A stretch of DNA of 64,000 nt from Eledone cirrhosa (taxonomy: Eukaryota), in NCBI GenBank assembly GCA_964016885.1, contig OZ024742.1, positions 221,092,001 through 221,156,000 of the forward strand, given 5' to 3'. Positions 39,230 through 49,414 of the stretch are shown piece after piece. The notes under the pieces were generated by a model that was not told where the DNA came from, searched no databases, and saw only the letters and a list, made by a program, of their open reading frames with translations. Position 1 is the stretch's first letter. The number at the start of each line of letters is the position of its first letter. Both the position numbers and the translations under genes were made by a program.

Positions 39230-42200
39230 GCGTGTGCGTGTGCGTGTGCGTCATGACTCATATACTGTTCACTTTCCGGACATTTGTACATTATTCTATG
39301 TACTATAAATGCACCTTTGATAAGTTGTAGTGCACCTGAGCACTGTACACAATAATTTTCATTATTATTATTATAAGGTTGTGGGTTCAATGTTGTATTT
39401 ATTCACTCTACAACTTTGTTCTGAGTATATAACTGTTACAAGTAATTCAGTTTGTTGTTGTTACCATGTCTGTGAAGAGAAAGCCAACACTATTGATAAT
39501 TGAACTGAAAAGTAAGATTTTAGTCTGGATTGTAGTGAAAAGACATCGAAGATTAAATAATTATTAACCATCTGAGCACTTTTTTGAATTCCATATGTCT
39601 AACACTTGTGGACATACTTACAAAGTCATAAAACAATACAGCTCCCATCACTTTCAGAAACATTTTTTAATGCTCAGAGTTACTGAAGCATGGAACAAAC
39701 TACCTGCATCAGTTGTTAGCTGTTGAGACACTGCAACCTTCAAAACTTCCATGCTTCCCAAAATTTGCCAACACTACACCTGATATTCCCCCTCCATACA
39801 CACACACACATGTATCTGTGTGTATATCATGACTCATACACTGTTTACTTTCCTGACATTTGTACATTATTCTAGGGCGGTGGATTAGCAGTATAGTTAG
39901 AGAGCATCAGACACTATGCTTTGCAGAATAGAGTTATGGCCCTTTACGATTTGAGTTCAAATCCCGCCGAAGTTAACTTTGCCTTTCATTCTTATGGGGT
40001 CAATAAAATAAAGCACTAGTAATGCACTGGGATAATTGCTGGCCTTGTGCCAAAAAGTAAAAACAATTATTCTATGTACTATACATGCACTTTTGATGAG
40101 TTGTAGTGCACCTGAGTTCTGTACAATAATTTTCATTATATCATTACAGTACAAATCTGGTAAAACTCTGTAAACATGCTTCTTCTTTGTCTAAATACTT
40201 ACATTAGGTATAGTTTCCTTTGTATCATGTCAGTTACCTGTACAATCAGTTATCAGAACAAAATACTGTACACCTGTCTTGTTTACATAATCAAAGTCCA
40301 AAGGTATATTGAACCTTCAATGCTGCCCTAAATAATAGCTCAATAACTTCAACATTCCTTAAAATAAATAAATACACCCCAATTTTTCTTTCAGAAAACA
40401 ATGAAAGTATTACCTTGTGACTTTTTGCATGTGAGCTGGCAGAGAGACCAGTATATATTATTACGGTGTTGTCACGCTCTTCATTCAACTTTCCCCATGT
40501 TTCGTAAGCAATGTTTAAATGAGGCAGTATTCGACCACCATATTTCATATGGAATGGACGATTATATGTAAATAATTTGTAACCAGACTTGATATAGTCA
40601 TATTGAGGTTCAGGACCTGTTGTTTTTCTGAAAAAAAAAAAAATTAAAAAATATATATATATCAAGGGCGGTGCCCCAGCATGGCCTCAGCCGGATGGCT
40701 GAAACAGGTAAAAGAGTAAAAGAATATGAACTTTTTAAATGGAAGTTGCACTGTTTTAGGTATGTCAAATTTATTTATAAAACGGTTTATATATTGTATT
40801 TTGTCTGAGGAAGGCATACCATATTTTTAATATGATATCCCTGAAATATATATAATGAAATAAATATGGTTTTATAAATATAGTTTCCATTTGTTTAATA
40901 TCGTAAACCTACTCCAAAACCTGTTGAGTGCTTTTATATCAGTTATAAAATTATTTACTCGTTGTAACCCAACAATTTTAAATATAACTTTTGCATATAT
41001 ATATATATATATATATATATTTAATACATTAGCAGAGAAAGCTTTAAGTGATACTCTGACCAACTCCATCTCACTCAACAAACATTAGGATATACCTGAG
41101 TATAATCCCAATTATGTGTTTGGGGTGCTAACTATATAGTATTCCGTGGATAATTGGTTGTATTATTTTATATGAGACATAATTAAATAAATCTCTCTTT
41201 CTTTCCATACGATCGTTTCATTATAAGATTTCTACAAGGTGAAATAAATATTCAATTTGTTAAAAGATATGTAAAGGAAAATTAGAATTTATTCAGTTGT
41301 ATAAATAACATTAAAATGAATATCATAATAAGAGCACTGTCTATCTTCCCGTTTGTCCCCCTCACTTTATATAGAGAGGAGGAGCACCAACCGAAAAATA
41401 TGCAGATATATATAGAGAGAAAAGGAATGACATGCGTTTTCAAGGTGACAGAAAGAGTAGATTCTCATATTTAAAGTTCTATAATAATCTGGCACACGGA
41501 AGAGCCGAACTCCCACTGTCATCGCCTCCATCTCTCACGTCCTCCCCATCTCTCTGTATTATGAGCAGATTGGGTCCCACGTGCTGTCTGCCTTACAGTC
41601 CCAGCAGACAGAATGGAGAAGGCGTTTCCCCGGAAGATGGTAAGGGAGATGCACTGAAAGAGCCATTCCATCTCACAAGGCTCACACCTGCAGCTGGCCA
41701 GCTCAGTGCCTATGGTAGTAAGTAGGAAGGTAGCCCTAGGGCCAAGGACACCAGAAGTCTCCACTGCCAAGGGCATGACCACAAACATGTTGGAGAGCAA
41801 CCGATACTTGGAGAGTTTGCCCACCTCAGCCCGGAGTGCAGCAGAACCTGGATTAGTTGCAGACTGCACCAGGTTGCAGCTAGAGAAAGTGTCACTCCAA
41901 GTGGCATCCCAGACGAGGGGGTTGCCACCGCGGAATGAGAAGATGGTCATACCATCTAGCCTTTTGCTGTCCCCTTGGTCCAGCCCCACCGTCTCGAGCT
42001 GGGAGGGGAAGCCTGCAGCATCCAAGCCATGCTTTATGACCTCGTTGAGGGCAGCATGGCATGGAAGGCGGTTGGCAATGTAGCAACAGGTCGAGCTGGT
42101 GTGTTAGCCTGTCTGAGGCCAGGCTGAACTGGATGGCATCCCAAATACATTGGTGGGATTTGACATCAGCAGGGGGAGAAGGAGGAGGGACGTCTACTGG

Positions 42201-43137
42201 GCTAAGTCCCAACCGGTTCCACATCTCACAGGCGGCCTCATGTTCCTCAATCTCAGAAAAAAAAAAAGAGACCTCAGTCCTGAGAGCCCAGGGCACCATG
42301 GATGAGCCTATTGGTGAGTGCCGCAATTACACACAGAAGGCGGCACCCAGCCTCAGTGGAGAGGGGGGATAACAACTCCCTGAGGTGGCCAGTTCGGAGA
42401 CCATCAGCACCTCCACTGCTGCTGACTGGGAAGGACTTGATGGCAGACATGATGTCTGCGTCAGAAGCCACAAGGAGCAAGTGGGGATCAGGTGGGGGTA
42501 TGGGTCTAAGGTCAGTGGGTGATTCAAGGTGCTTAAGCCCCAGAGCAGCCAGGACCTCCTCAGTGGGTTGGAGGACAGTGTCCTCCAAGGCAACCACTCT
42601 GACTGCAGCCGAGACATCACCCATGATTAGTTTGGCATTTACGCATTTGTGTAAACGCTTAACCCTGGCCTCAGGGGTGGAGGATTGAAGACACCCACGA
42701 TAGCGGAGGGTGTGGCATCCTTTGGCACACTTGGGATGGGCGCTTGCCCAAAGGTCAAAACATTGGCCTTGACAAAAGCTGCTGTCGACAGGCCGCCTCG
42801 GTCAGCACCAGAGTTGGGGAGGATGAGGGCAAGTGGGGCGAAGTAAAAGAGGTGCTCCATTAGAATCCAGGGCCCTCTTGATTGAGGAAGCGAGGACATC
42901 GGCTACCGACACCCAGGCTGCTCTCAGGATATTGAGCGGAATCTTCTGGAGTCACCTAAACCGAGCGATGTTGACCAGCGAGCTTGAGCATCAGACAAGC
43001 TCGCTGTCTCATCTGGTGGTGTGCCAGAAAGAGTTAGATAGAAAGTTATGATGTCACATCATCTATATAGAAAGAGGAAAAGCACCAAGTGAGAGATATA
43101 TATAAATAGAGAAAAGAAACGTCATTTGTTTAGAGAG

Positions 43138-43190
<53 letters not shown>

Positions 43191-46100
43191 CCATGCAACA
43201 GAAAGAAGATGTCACTCCCATCTAGTTATTTATAATTCTTACAGAATGAAAATATAAACACATATAATAAACACAATTAATTATTGCTAGGAATACACAC
43301 AAAAATATATGATCAAAATGAGAGAAAAAGGAAAAAAAAAACCCAACCATTTCACCACCAACCAGCCGTAGAAACCATGTTCTCAGTACATGCTGTAAAG
43401 TGGTTGACATGAGGGAGGCACAAGCCATAGAAACCATGCTCTCAGTACATGCTGTAAAATGGTTGGCATGAGGAAGGGCCTCCAGCTATAGAAACCATGC
43501 TCCCAGTATACACTGTAAAGTGGTTGGCATTAGGAAGGACATCCAGCCATAGACACCAAGCCAAAACAAAGTATATGAGCAGCACCTAGTCACTTGACTT
43601 GTCTGGCATCAGTATGCAACAACTGCCTAACTAATGGAAGCATGGAAAATAGATGTTAAATGGTGATGATGATTGCTCCAGTCCACTCAGTAGCTTTGCA
43701 GTGAGAAGTCTTGTACTCGTAGTTGCTTTATACTAATGAAACCAGGATAAGTTCTGGTTAGATGAGCTGCTAGACTTATGAAAGAAAATAGCTTACAAAT
43801 TCAGTCTGTGGAGGCATATAGCCTAGTGGTAAGGGTGTTGGACTTACGACCATAATGTCATGAGTTCGATTCCTGGACTGGGTTGTGTTGTATTCTTGAA
43901 CAAAACACTTCATTTCATGCTGCTCCAGTATACTCAGCTGAAAATAAGTACCAGCAAATGCTGGGGGTTTAACCCTGCGATGGACTGGTGTCCTGTCCAG
44001 GGGGCAGTCATGTACTCTCAGTCGCTTCACGCTATGAAACCAGGATAAGCACCAGCCTAATGAGCCTTCTGGCTTAAGACAGACTTTAGACTTATACTTT
44101 TTAGAATTCAAAAGAGCAGAAGTTGTAGTTGTAGCGGAAGAAGAGGCAGAGAGGCGACAGCATATATGTAGAACTACATTATCCAATGTATATCGTTTCT
44201 GGTGCCACGACAAAAAGTACCAGTCCACACTGTAAAGTGGTCATATAGGTGTCATGATAAAAAGCACCCAGCCCACACTGTAAAGTGGTCATGTAGGTGT
44301 CACGACAAAAACTGCCCAGTCCACACTGTAAAGTTGTCACGTTGGTGTCATGACAAAATGCACCAGTCCACACTGTAAAGTGGTTGTGTAGGTGTCACAA
44401 TAAAAAAGCACCCAGTCCACACTGTAAAGTGTCCGTGTAGGTGTCATGACAAAAACTGCCCAGTCCATACTTTAGAGTAGTTATGTTGGTGTCATGACAA
44501 AATGCACTCAGTCCACACTGTCGTATAGGTGTCATGATAACAAGCACCCAGCCCGCACTGTAAAGTGGTCATGTAGGTGTCACAACAAAAACTGCCCAGT
44601 CCAAACTGTAAAGTAGTCATGTTGGTGTCATGACAAAATGCATCAGTCCACATTGTAAAGGGATCGTGTAGGCGTCACAACAAGAAGCATCCAGTCCACA
44701 CTGTTAAGTGGTCGTGTATGTGTCGCAATAAAAAGCACTCAGTCCACACTGTAAAGTGGTCGAGTAGGTGTCACGACAAAACGCACCCAAACCACACTGT
44801 AAATGTGGTTGGAGTTAGGAAGGGTATCCAGCTGTAGAAACCAAGCCAAAATCAGTTCAATGTGAGCTGGACATAGTTATCTGATCTGGCTTGGCTCATA
44901 TCTGGACAACTTGTTTAATCCATGCTAGCGTGGAAAAATGGATGTTAAACAGTGATGATGATGGGTTAAGGATCCGAAACTTCATCATTCTCAACTTTGC
45001 AATTGTTTTCTCTCTTCTATAGTTTAATTATTATTGCATCTTTCATTGACATGGAGAAATTCCAGTTATCACCAACTAGGAAACAAATGTTAATTAAGAG
45101 ACTATCATGTCAACTAAATGCAATGTTACTTTGCTCACCATATTGAGTTGAACCTAATCAATACCCACTCAATTTTGGAGCCAGCTGGATTCTCCAGAAT
45201 CAAAGGGAAGATCCCTGATGGTCTTATCGTTTGCCCTTAGTTGTTAGCTGCTGAGACACTGCATCCTATAAAACCTCCATGCTTCCTGAAATTCGCCAAC
45301 ACTACACCTGATATTCCCCCTCCATACACACGCACACATGTATATCATGACTCATACTCTGTTCACTTTCCTGACATTTGTACATTATTCTATGTACTAT
45401 ACATGCACCTTTGATGAGTTATCGTGTTCCTGAGTACTGTACATAATAATTTCATTATTATTATAAGCTAAATATGCTATAGTTAAGGGGCACACTCTCG
45501 TAGGCATCATTTTAAAAAATATATTTTTATTTTATCATTAACTTTTATTCTTTAACACTACATCATAAAAAATTAAACAGAAATTCCGAGTCTAGAAACA
45601 TGTAGTGACATAACCACTACCATTCGATACATCGATCTTCCACAATCAATTGACCTCCACCCCCTGAAACAATGAACTATTTAACTACCTATCTCTGACT
45701 TGTTTTGTCTTCATTCTTCAATACACACAGTATATATAATTTATTCTCTATCGTCAACATTAATATGAAAAATAATATCTATATTTTTTAGAGAAGGGCT
45801 TCAAATTCCGTATAGCTAAGGGCCTCAGCGGGTGAAAGTCCGACCGTGGGGTTAGAGGTCGACTCTTTTGCTCATTCTCACATCCTAGAAGCTGTGGAAG
45901 AGATGGGCTCACTGCATCCATAGTCGAACAAAATAAACCATTGAAATTACGTGAATTGTCGGTAAAATAGTTTTCAGCTTGTGGCATTTGAGTCATTCCG
46001 GGGGCTGGACTGCTGACAAGGCGGTTTTTGGGGGTGTATTTTTTGTTATGGTTGGCAATTAGCCATACCAAAGTATCAGATGATGATGCTCGTGAGGGTG

Positions 46101-47843
46101 CTTGGCTATTCCAGCCCCTTAGCCTTGCTACCACGTAATGTGTGTGCGTCCCAACGCAAATGACAACAAGATCAACCCCAACAACATAATAGTTAATCTC
46201 TTGTTTCTTAAGCCAGTCGGTTTATTTGCAAGGAAAGTTTGTAAACTAATGTTTACATACCATGTAACACGCAGCATGGGAAAATGCATGAACAGATACA
46301 GACGTTCGGCTGTAAAGTACATTGGATAACGTTGACACAGTTCTATTTTTAGAACTGTTCTAACTACATATAAATGTCATTATCTGAACAATTAGTCATA
46401 TAGAGAAACTTTAAAGTCCGCTTACAAAATTACCAAAACATACTGCCAACTGATGTCTTCTGTATGTTGTTCGTTATTATTATTTTTTAACACTCTAGCC
46501 CCTTTATAAAATCTGAATTTCGGTTTCAATCTTCGGCTAAAACCATTTGATCTCATTCGCCAACGAGGGACACCTTTTTTCTATTTCTGAATTACCAACA
46601 AAATTAGATTTCGCCAGATGTTGGTAAAAACAATAGAATTATGTGGTTTAAAATGAACAGCTTTTTTTATAGTATTTGCTGAGAATAACAACAATCAGTA
46701 ACACATAACTATCGCTACCCCAATGATACAAAGCCGAAAATGATCTCTGGCGTGCAGAACCCTAGGTGCAAGCCACTTCATGGTCCCAACAGCGAACAGA
46801 ATGGAGATACCTTATACGGTTATTTAACCTGCTAGAAAGACAAACAGTCAAAATCTCCCACTTCAGTTTTTTTAAAGACACATTGGTCAATGTAGTCCTA
46901 GATGGACATGCTACTGTCAATCAGGGATGACCCAGGGCTAAACAACAACAACAACCGCATCATCTAATAGGTTTTCTGCTTGGTAGAACAAATAAAATTA
47001 GACATTATAATAGCAAGTGTTAATAATTCATTATTCTAAAGATCATATATATAGATATTGGATCTGCTCCGAACTAATTTTAGGTATTCTTGCAATAAAG
47101 ATTCTAGATATGATTTTAGATCTATTTTCGAGTGCTGAAGAAGCAGAAATGCAATTACAAACAGAATTGACAACTCTTTGGTTAATGTCATAACATTAAA
47201 TTTATGTATAAATCTTAGTTAAATTATGTTCCAAACAACAGTTTAATAATAATAAAGTGGGGGTAATAAGAACATACGTTCGCATATGTTGTTGTGTGGC
47301 TTGCTTTGTTTATATCAGTTACACTTTTCTTATCTATCTGTATTTAACACGCAAACGATGCGTATTAGATAATGTAATGTTTATGAAGCAAGTCAATAAC
47401 TTTTTTTTTAAATAACCAGAAAGAAGAAAAGAAAGATATGCACATTCAATGAATACTGGTGGTGATGTCTTCGTTGGGTCTTACTTTACTTTGCACTGTT
47501 TTGGGACATTAATATTAAAGAAAGACAGAAATGACAACAAAACAAACAAATAAAACAAGGAATTCTAAAGTAGTTTTGTTTGGTCTTACGTTCGAGAAAC
47601 GCACGGAAATTCTGTGTCCATTCCTTTAAACATTAAAGTAACGTCTTCTTCATTTTGTTCTTCTATCACTGGTTCTGCAGCCGCTTCTTTAACCAATGAA
47701 CTTTTTTGCTTAGAAAATGTTAGTGGAAAATGTTTCTTAGGAGAGAGAAAAGTTGAAGGAAATGATGATAGTCGGTTATGTTGAAAATTATTTTTTAGCA
47801 GCAATCTGCCCAGCTGTCGAAGGGAGACCTGAATAGAAGTCAT
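11348..47843 (-). CDS. cys2: Mitochondrial-type serine O-succinyltransferase / MetX (homoserine O-acyltransferase) family protein, 479 aa; exons 47843-47590, 40627-40414, 38550-38438, 32517-32484, 27099-27013, 26165-26086, 24748-24599, 21693-21510, 17429-17276, 15891-15800, 11425-11348
   Basis: The exons sum to 1440 nt with no stops and compatible phases. Motifs: [47 protein letters not shown], nucleophile [18 protein letters not shown], catalytic Asp (TDILFP) and His (GHDTFL). The N-terminus is rich in R/K/S/L and lacks acidic residues for about 50 aa. Confidence 0.9.
13183..14812 (-). mobile_element. 5'-truncated CR1-group LINE (RT ORF 13346-14810 with one frameshift near 14560)
   Basis: [37 protein letters not shown]; 3' UTR ends in (ATT)n. 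Short 3'-end copies at about 12455-12760, 25110-25430, 39045-39373, 39560-40145 and 45240-45463. Confidence 0.88.
15380..15700 (+). mobile_element. Decayed RTE 3' fragment
   Basis: HWYRHVL...WKRPHGK-like remnants. Confidence 0.5.
15800..15891 (-). CDS. cys2: cys2-like exon 10 ([21 protein letters not shown]...AMK)
   Basis: Acceptor tctcaag, donor aag|gtaagc; catalytic GHD. Confidence 0.92.
16080..16270 (+). mobile_element. tRNA-derived SINE (representative copy); others at about 11530-11740, 12960-13150, 24133-24539 (two), 27215-27450, 39875-40070, 51483-51595 and 58165-58310
   Basis: A-box-like tggcagtatcgg, B-box gagttcaaatcc, shared core ttaactttgcctttcatcc...ataaaataaagtaccag, (ATT)n tail. 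Confidence 0.82.
17276..17429 (-). CDS. cys2: cys2-like exon 9 (AMDLFD...TDILFP...LQHA)
   Basis: Acceptor ttacctag, donor g|gtaagt. Confidence 0.92.
17529..19245 (-). mobile_element. 5'-truncated RTE LINE, family A (RT C-terminus, PHD finger, 3' UTR with a SINE inserted at about 17740-17905)
   Basis: Colinear with 55417-56970; [14 protein letters not shown]; (GAT)n tail. Confidence 0.85.
19246..20693 (+). mobile_element. 5'-truncated RTE-clade LINE, different family, frameshifted, ending in a TA/CA microsatellite
   Basis: [35 protein letters not shown]. Confidence 0.85.
20694..21249. repeat. Compound (TA)/(CA) microsatellite
   Basis: Seen directly. Confidence 0.97.
21268..21443. mobile_element. 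TTAA-flanked MITE, second family; related copies at about 9080-9210 and 33377-37814 (the latter split by the Gypsy insertion)
   Basis: ttaa-ccctt ... aaggg-ttaa; shared internal taaaattatgatg.aaggttt. Confidence 0.65.
21510..21693 (-). CDS. cys2: cys2-like exon 8 (EIATMTYRS...NSLLYISK), ends at a GC donor
   Basis: Acceptor ttcctag; donor aag|gcaaaa is required for the in-frame join ISK-AMDLF. Confidence 0.87.
21740..23335. repeat. 1.6-kb satellite of interleaved 20/25-bp units (gtgtactgtagtgtagtgtggctgt)
   Basis: Seen directly. Confidence 0.97.
24599..24748 (-). CDS. cys2: cys2-like exon 7 (MISISSC...[10 protein letters not shown]...GMKLA)
   Basis: Acceptor cttttag, donor cg|gtaaac. Confidence 0.92.
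24900..25120. repeat. (TGG/TGA)n microsatellite
   Basis: Seen directly. Confidence 0.95.
26086..26165 (-). CDS. cys2: cys2-like exon 6 with the nucleophile motif GSSLGGM
   Basis: Acceptor cgtag, donor ag|gtaaat. Confidence 0.92.
27013..27099 (-). CDS. cys2: cys2-like exon 5 (AYGTTFP...LGIER)
   Basis: Acceptor tttcag, donor agg|gtaaat. Confidence 0.92.
27480..28200 (-). mobile_element. Decayed L1/Tx1-like LINE 3' fragment
   Basis: Disrupted frame [15 protein letters not shown] resembles the post-RT zinc-binding region. Confidence 0.4.
28465..31790 (-). mobile_element. Near full-length decayed RTE LINE, family B (AP endonuclease, RT, PHD finger)
   Basis: TLNIGTL...[27 protein letters not shown] motifs, several frameshifts, (GAT)n tail. 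Confidence 0.9.
32484..32517 (-). CDS. cys2: cys2-like exon 4, 34 nt ([11 protein letters not shown])
   Basis: Acceptor tttcag, donor aag|gtgagt; completes GCYGSSGPSS. Confidence 0.88.
33575..33857 (+). repeat. 5' LTR
   Basis: tgtgggtatgg...ttctaaccaca, near-identical to the 3' LTR plus one extra internal unit of about 25 bp. Confidence 0.95.
33928..34689 (+). CDS. gag: Gypsy Gag with two CCHC zinc knuckles
   Basis: 253-aa ORF; [13 protein letters not shown] and [14 protein letters not shown]. Confidence 0.92.
   Translation: MATRLRMNEAIRPFTGEGDVVAWLRKVRLVAGLQKIEDVAGLIALYLEGDALVLFLELDEHSQRDVQKIERRLMDAFAEGPLAAFAKLARIRWNGGRVDIFAAEIRRLAMLAGYQAECERTVRLAFINGFPDDIAVKLQQVPGYKKMEMRSLVEQARIIAEDAKKSVAAIATTEAQDTWQRNGQREATSARGRSREFKGRCFRCQGPHMARDCRESKPDIICYRCKRPGHIATNCDQGNGPRGTTAPVVAPYE
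34638..34680 (+). promoter_or_regulatory. -1 programmed ribosomal frameshift signal
   Basis: G GGA AAT heptamer in the gag frame, 6-nt spacer, hairpin agggg-aactacc/ggtagtt-g-cccct. Confidence 0.8.
34638..37514 (+). CDS. pol: Gypsy Pol (protease, RT, RNase H, integrase), entered by -1 frameshift
   Basis: LVDTG, YIDD, WCDAS/ELDAV/TDS/NRAD, HH...CVRC and D-D-E (VDV, MDN, MER); frame open from the slippery site to TGA at 37514. Confidence 0.93.
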   Translation, partial: GKWSKGNYRAGSCPLRVAALPVVEVFVRGKPQRALVDTGCTTTLMTAGVAQRWRGKSSVRAVDGRKIECRGRSEMEIAVRGRTIRLSAIVVDSVVDGIGVVMGMDAIGRLGGITVNNVGVSFGAAASVCAVSARHENQKAHEEQYPAYTVQDKDFKAVLDGQRWVVERYWKGEPPTLKTKVGCYQHTLKGNARGEFEREVERWIEEGILLPWKEEVKCGVLPLMAVVQPTKSKVRPVLDYRELNEHVSCHTGGEVTDVCGETLREWRRMTGGSAIVDLKSAYLQLHIEEKLWRYQLVRYKGRTYCLTRLGFGLSSAPKIMVAVLKTALGRADKIKRATNSYIDDILVDESVVSTAEVTSHLRSYGLTAKPSEALEGGAALGLRLRRDKTGVLVFQRGNEVSELGPSMNRRELFSVCGKLVGHYPIAGWLRTACSYVKRRAGGVTWSDRVGERTVAMMQEIVGKVKADDPVRGRWYVPKSRSGTVWCDASSIALGVTLEIGGVEVEDAAWLRKKDDCSHINVTELDAVLRGVNLALRWGLRTIEIRTDSATVLGWVRSVLTSEKRVRTRGAAEMLIKRRLGTLGELATEFDLKLSVVFVPSEKNRADILTRVKKAWMEAPEEVEDEIAAVCRLTELDLKGLHDMHHMGVDRSLFLVRRIDSDVSRHSVRGVVRGCVRCQFIDPAPGVHETGSLPVDRDWKRLAVDVTHYRQGTYLSMVDCGPGRVAIWREMKTGTAEEIVRTLREVFLERGPVDELLMDNSAAFRLEALRGMLKGWKVDRFFRAAHRPSGNGIMERHHRTIKAMAERGHISPMEAVFWYNMSPRVGQVEESVPHRAVFKYEWRHPCTPPQRPVGRESAFVQVGEEVWVKPPDARCTSQWGRGTVTAVNSKNNVSVDGVPRHVLDVRRITVSTDSEEEETQDEVETQSPAPILRRSQRSRRPPTWTADFHMQRDEGEIDP
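37528..37784 (+). repeat. 3' LTR
   Basis: Same termini; preceded by gagatcaggggggcg. Confidence 0.95.
38438..38550 (-). CDS. cys2: cys2-like exon 3 (NNSEPGWW...GGCYGS)
   Basis: Acceptor ttgtag, donor ag|gtaatt. Confidence 0.92.
40414..40627 (-). CDS. cys2: cys2-like exon 2 (KTTGPEP...[13 protein letters not shown])
   Basis: T-run plus cag acceptor, donor aag|gtaata. Confidence 0.92.
40797..40862 (+). ncRNA. Type I hammerhead ribozyme in a Penelope-like repeat (element about 40750-40995)
   Basis: Stem I tattttgt/atgaaata; CTGAGGA; stem II agg...catatt/aatatg...cct; GAAA TATATA TA; downstream sequence is homologous to the 55.2-55.4 kb element. Confidence 0.72.
41515..43020 (-). mobile_element. 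Internally deleted CRE-like non-LTR retrotransposon (restriction-like endonuclease end)
   Basis: [14 protein letters not shown] (pre-RT), KRLDGMT...[35 protein letters not shown]. Confidence 0.75.
43810..44100 (+). mobile_element. Second tRNA-derived SINE family; partial minus-strand copies at about 7740-7900 and 17740-17905
   Basis: A box tagcctagtgg, B box gagttcgattcc, shared body cttgaacaaaacacttcatttca...gctccagt. Confidence 0.72.
44200..44815. repeat. Minisatellite of about 42 bp (cccagtccacactgtaaagtggtcatgtaggtgtcatgacaaaa) inside an RTE-derived short element
   Basis: About 14 units followed by ggagttaggaagggtatccag...ttaaacagtgatgatgat. Confidence 0.9.
47590..47843 (-). CDS. cys2: cys2-like exon 1 ([11 protein letters not shown]...FPCVSR), putative mitochondrial presequence
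   Basis: caaaaaATG context, donor ac|gtaaga, phase 2 matches exon 2. Confidence 0.82.
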
Positions 47844-49414
47844 TTTTTGTTGTTAAGTAGCTGGTTAATGTTTGTGTGGTAGAAGGAAGGGCAAAGATTT
47901 TAACATATGGAAGAGAAAGAGAGAGGAAAAGGGGGATGTGTGACTGCGTATTACGAGAGTGCGTATGACTGGAGCTGACAATAGTTTATTGTTAATACAC
48001 TAATATAATGGATAAAAATAAATGATATTAAAATAAACAATAAAAAGAAGAAGAAACGAAAAGAAAAGCCATGCACCCGCAATTACACACTATACTGATC
48101 TAGATGAACGTGTGAGTGTGAGAGTTTGAATGTTCTAAGAGATAGATAGATAAAAAGTGGATAAAATAACTAGAATGTGTAATATAATGCGTGTAAACCA
48201 CAGATAGACAAAAAGGAGGACATGTGGTTGTATGTGTGCAAGTTTTAAAAATATATATAAGGCTTTGTCAATTCTTAGAATAAACCAAGGAAGAGAAATG
48301 TGTGTTTATGTGAAGTGGGAAGATATGGTATATGTGAGAAAATATAAATCTTTGTATTTATAGCAAAGAACCGAGGAGAAAAAGAAAGTAAAGATATGTG
48401 GTTCGCCATAATGCTATCTGCAAAAGTGCGGGTTAAGAGGTGATAAGGAAAAGTTTCTTTCGATAACTTAAAAGCTTCGGAAAAGACAGATAACAAAACA
48501 TCATATGTTAAATATCGTAAATTCACCCATAAAAAAAGTGTGTAAAATTTAAATACTCCGTAGCATGACTAATTGAACAATAGCTTCTCCTAGATGTTAC
48601 ATTCGTCGGTTTCGACGATGAGTGTTTCAGTAAAAGCTAGTGTCATAGTAACGACAAGGACATCAACAAGTAACTAGGATATTATATATTATATTATTAT
48701 GAAAGAGTTTATTAAACCATTGATTCAAGCTATTCCTACATATAGAAATAGAGAGAAAGTGACGCCCGAACGAGTATTCTCCCCTTCCAACTAACCTACA
48801 ATCCGCCTTTGGGTCTCGGCCGACGAATACATTGCCACCGAGGACAGTTGTCCGATTAACGGAACACCCTGCTCGTGAAATTAACGTGTAAGTGACATAG
48901 ACTTGTGTACCCTTCATGGAAATTCAGCGTGACAAGGTACAGTCTATCCGACGGCCTCTGTGTAGTTTCTCTCGGAAGGCATAGGTCGACCCGAAGTCAT
49001 GGTAAATGACACTTGTCCAAGATGCCACACATTGGAATCGATTGTAAAGTGAACCTCTTAACCATTTGGCTATGATTCATTCACATTCGGGGGTGGGGAA
49101 CCTCTCGCCAGCAGATGAAATGTTCGCCCTCATACTAATTTGAAATAGCCTTCTCGGGGAAAAAAGGTTTTAACATTTTGATAAAAACAAAAAATGTAAT
49201 ATTAAAAATTCGATTTTTTTTTCTCAGTACAAATGCACTCGCACAAGTTCTTATGTACTTTCATTTCGCCTTTGGTACTAGAATAAATGAAGACACTTGA
49301 CGTGGCATAAAGAAAATTTTAGATTTTATATAGTAGTTTATTAGTTAGTGGTTAAAACTGTATTTGCAGTCGCTAAACGATGCAAAATCACTTAACCTTT
49401 AACTCTGTTCTTCG

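Noticed and set aside
45796-46010. RNase MRP or FMN-riboswitch resemblance (gtgaaagtccgacc, gctcattctca)
   Set aside because: The required pseudoknot partners and spacing are missing; the matches are short.
11348-47843. Bacterial metX contamination or recent horizontal transfer
   Set aside because: The gene has ten spliceosomal introns filled with host repeats and an AT-rich codon usage like its neighbour.
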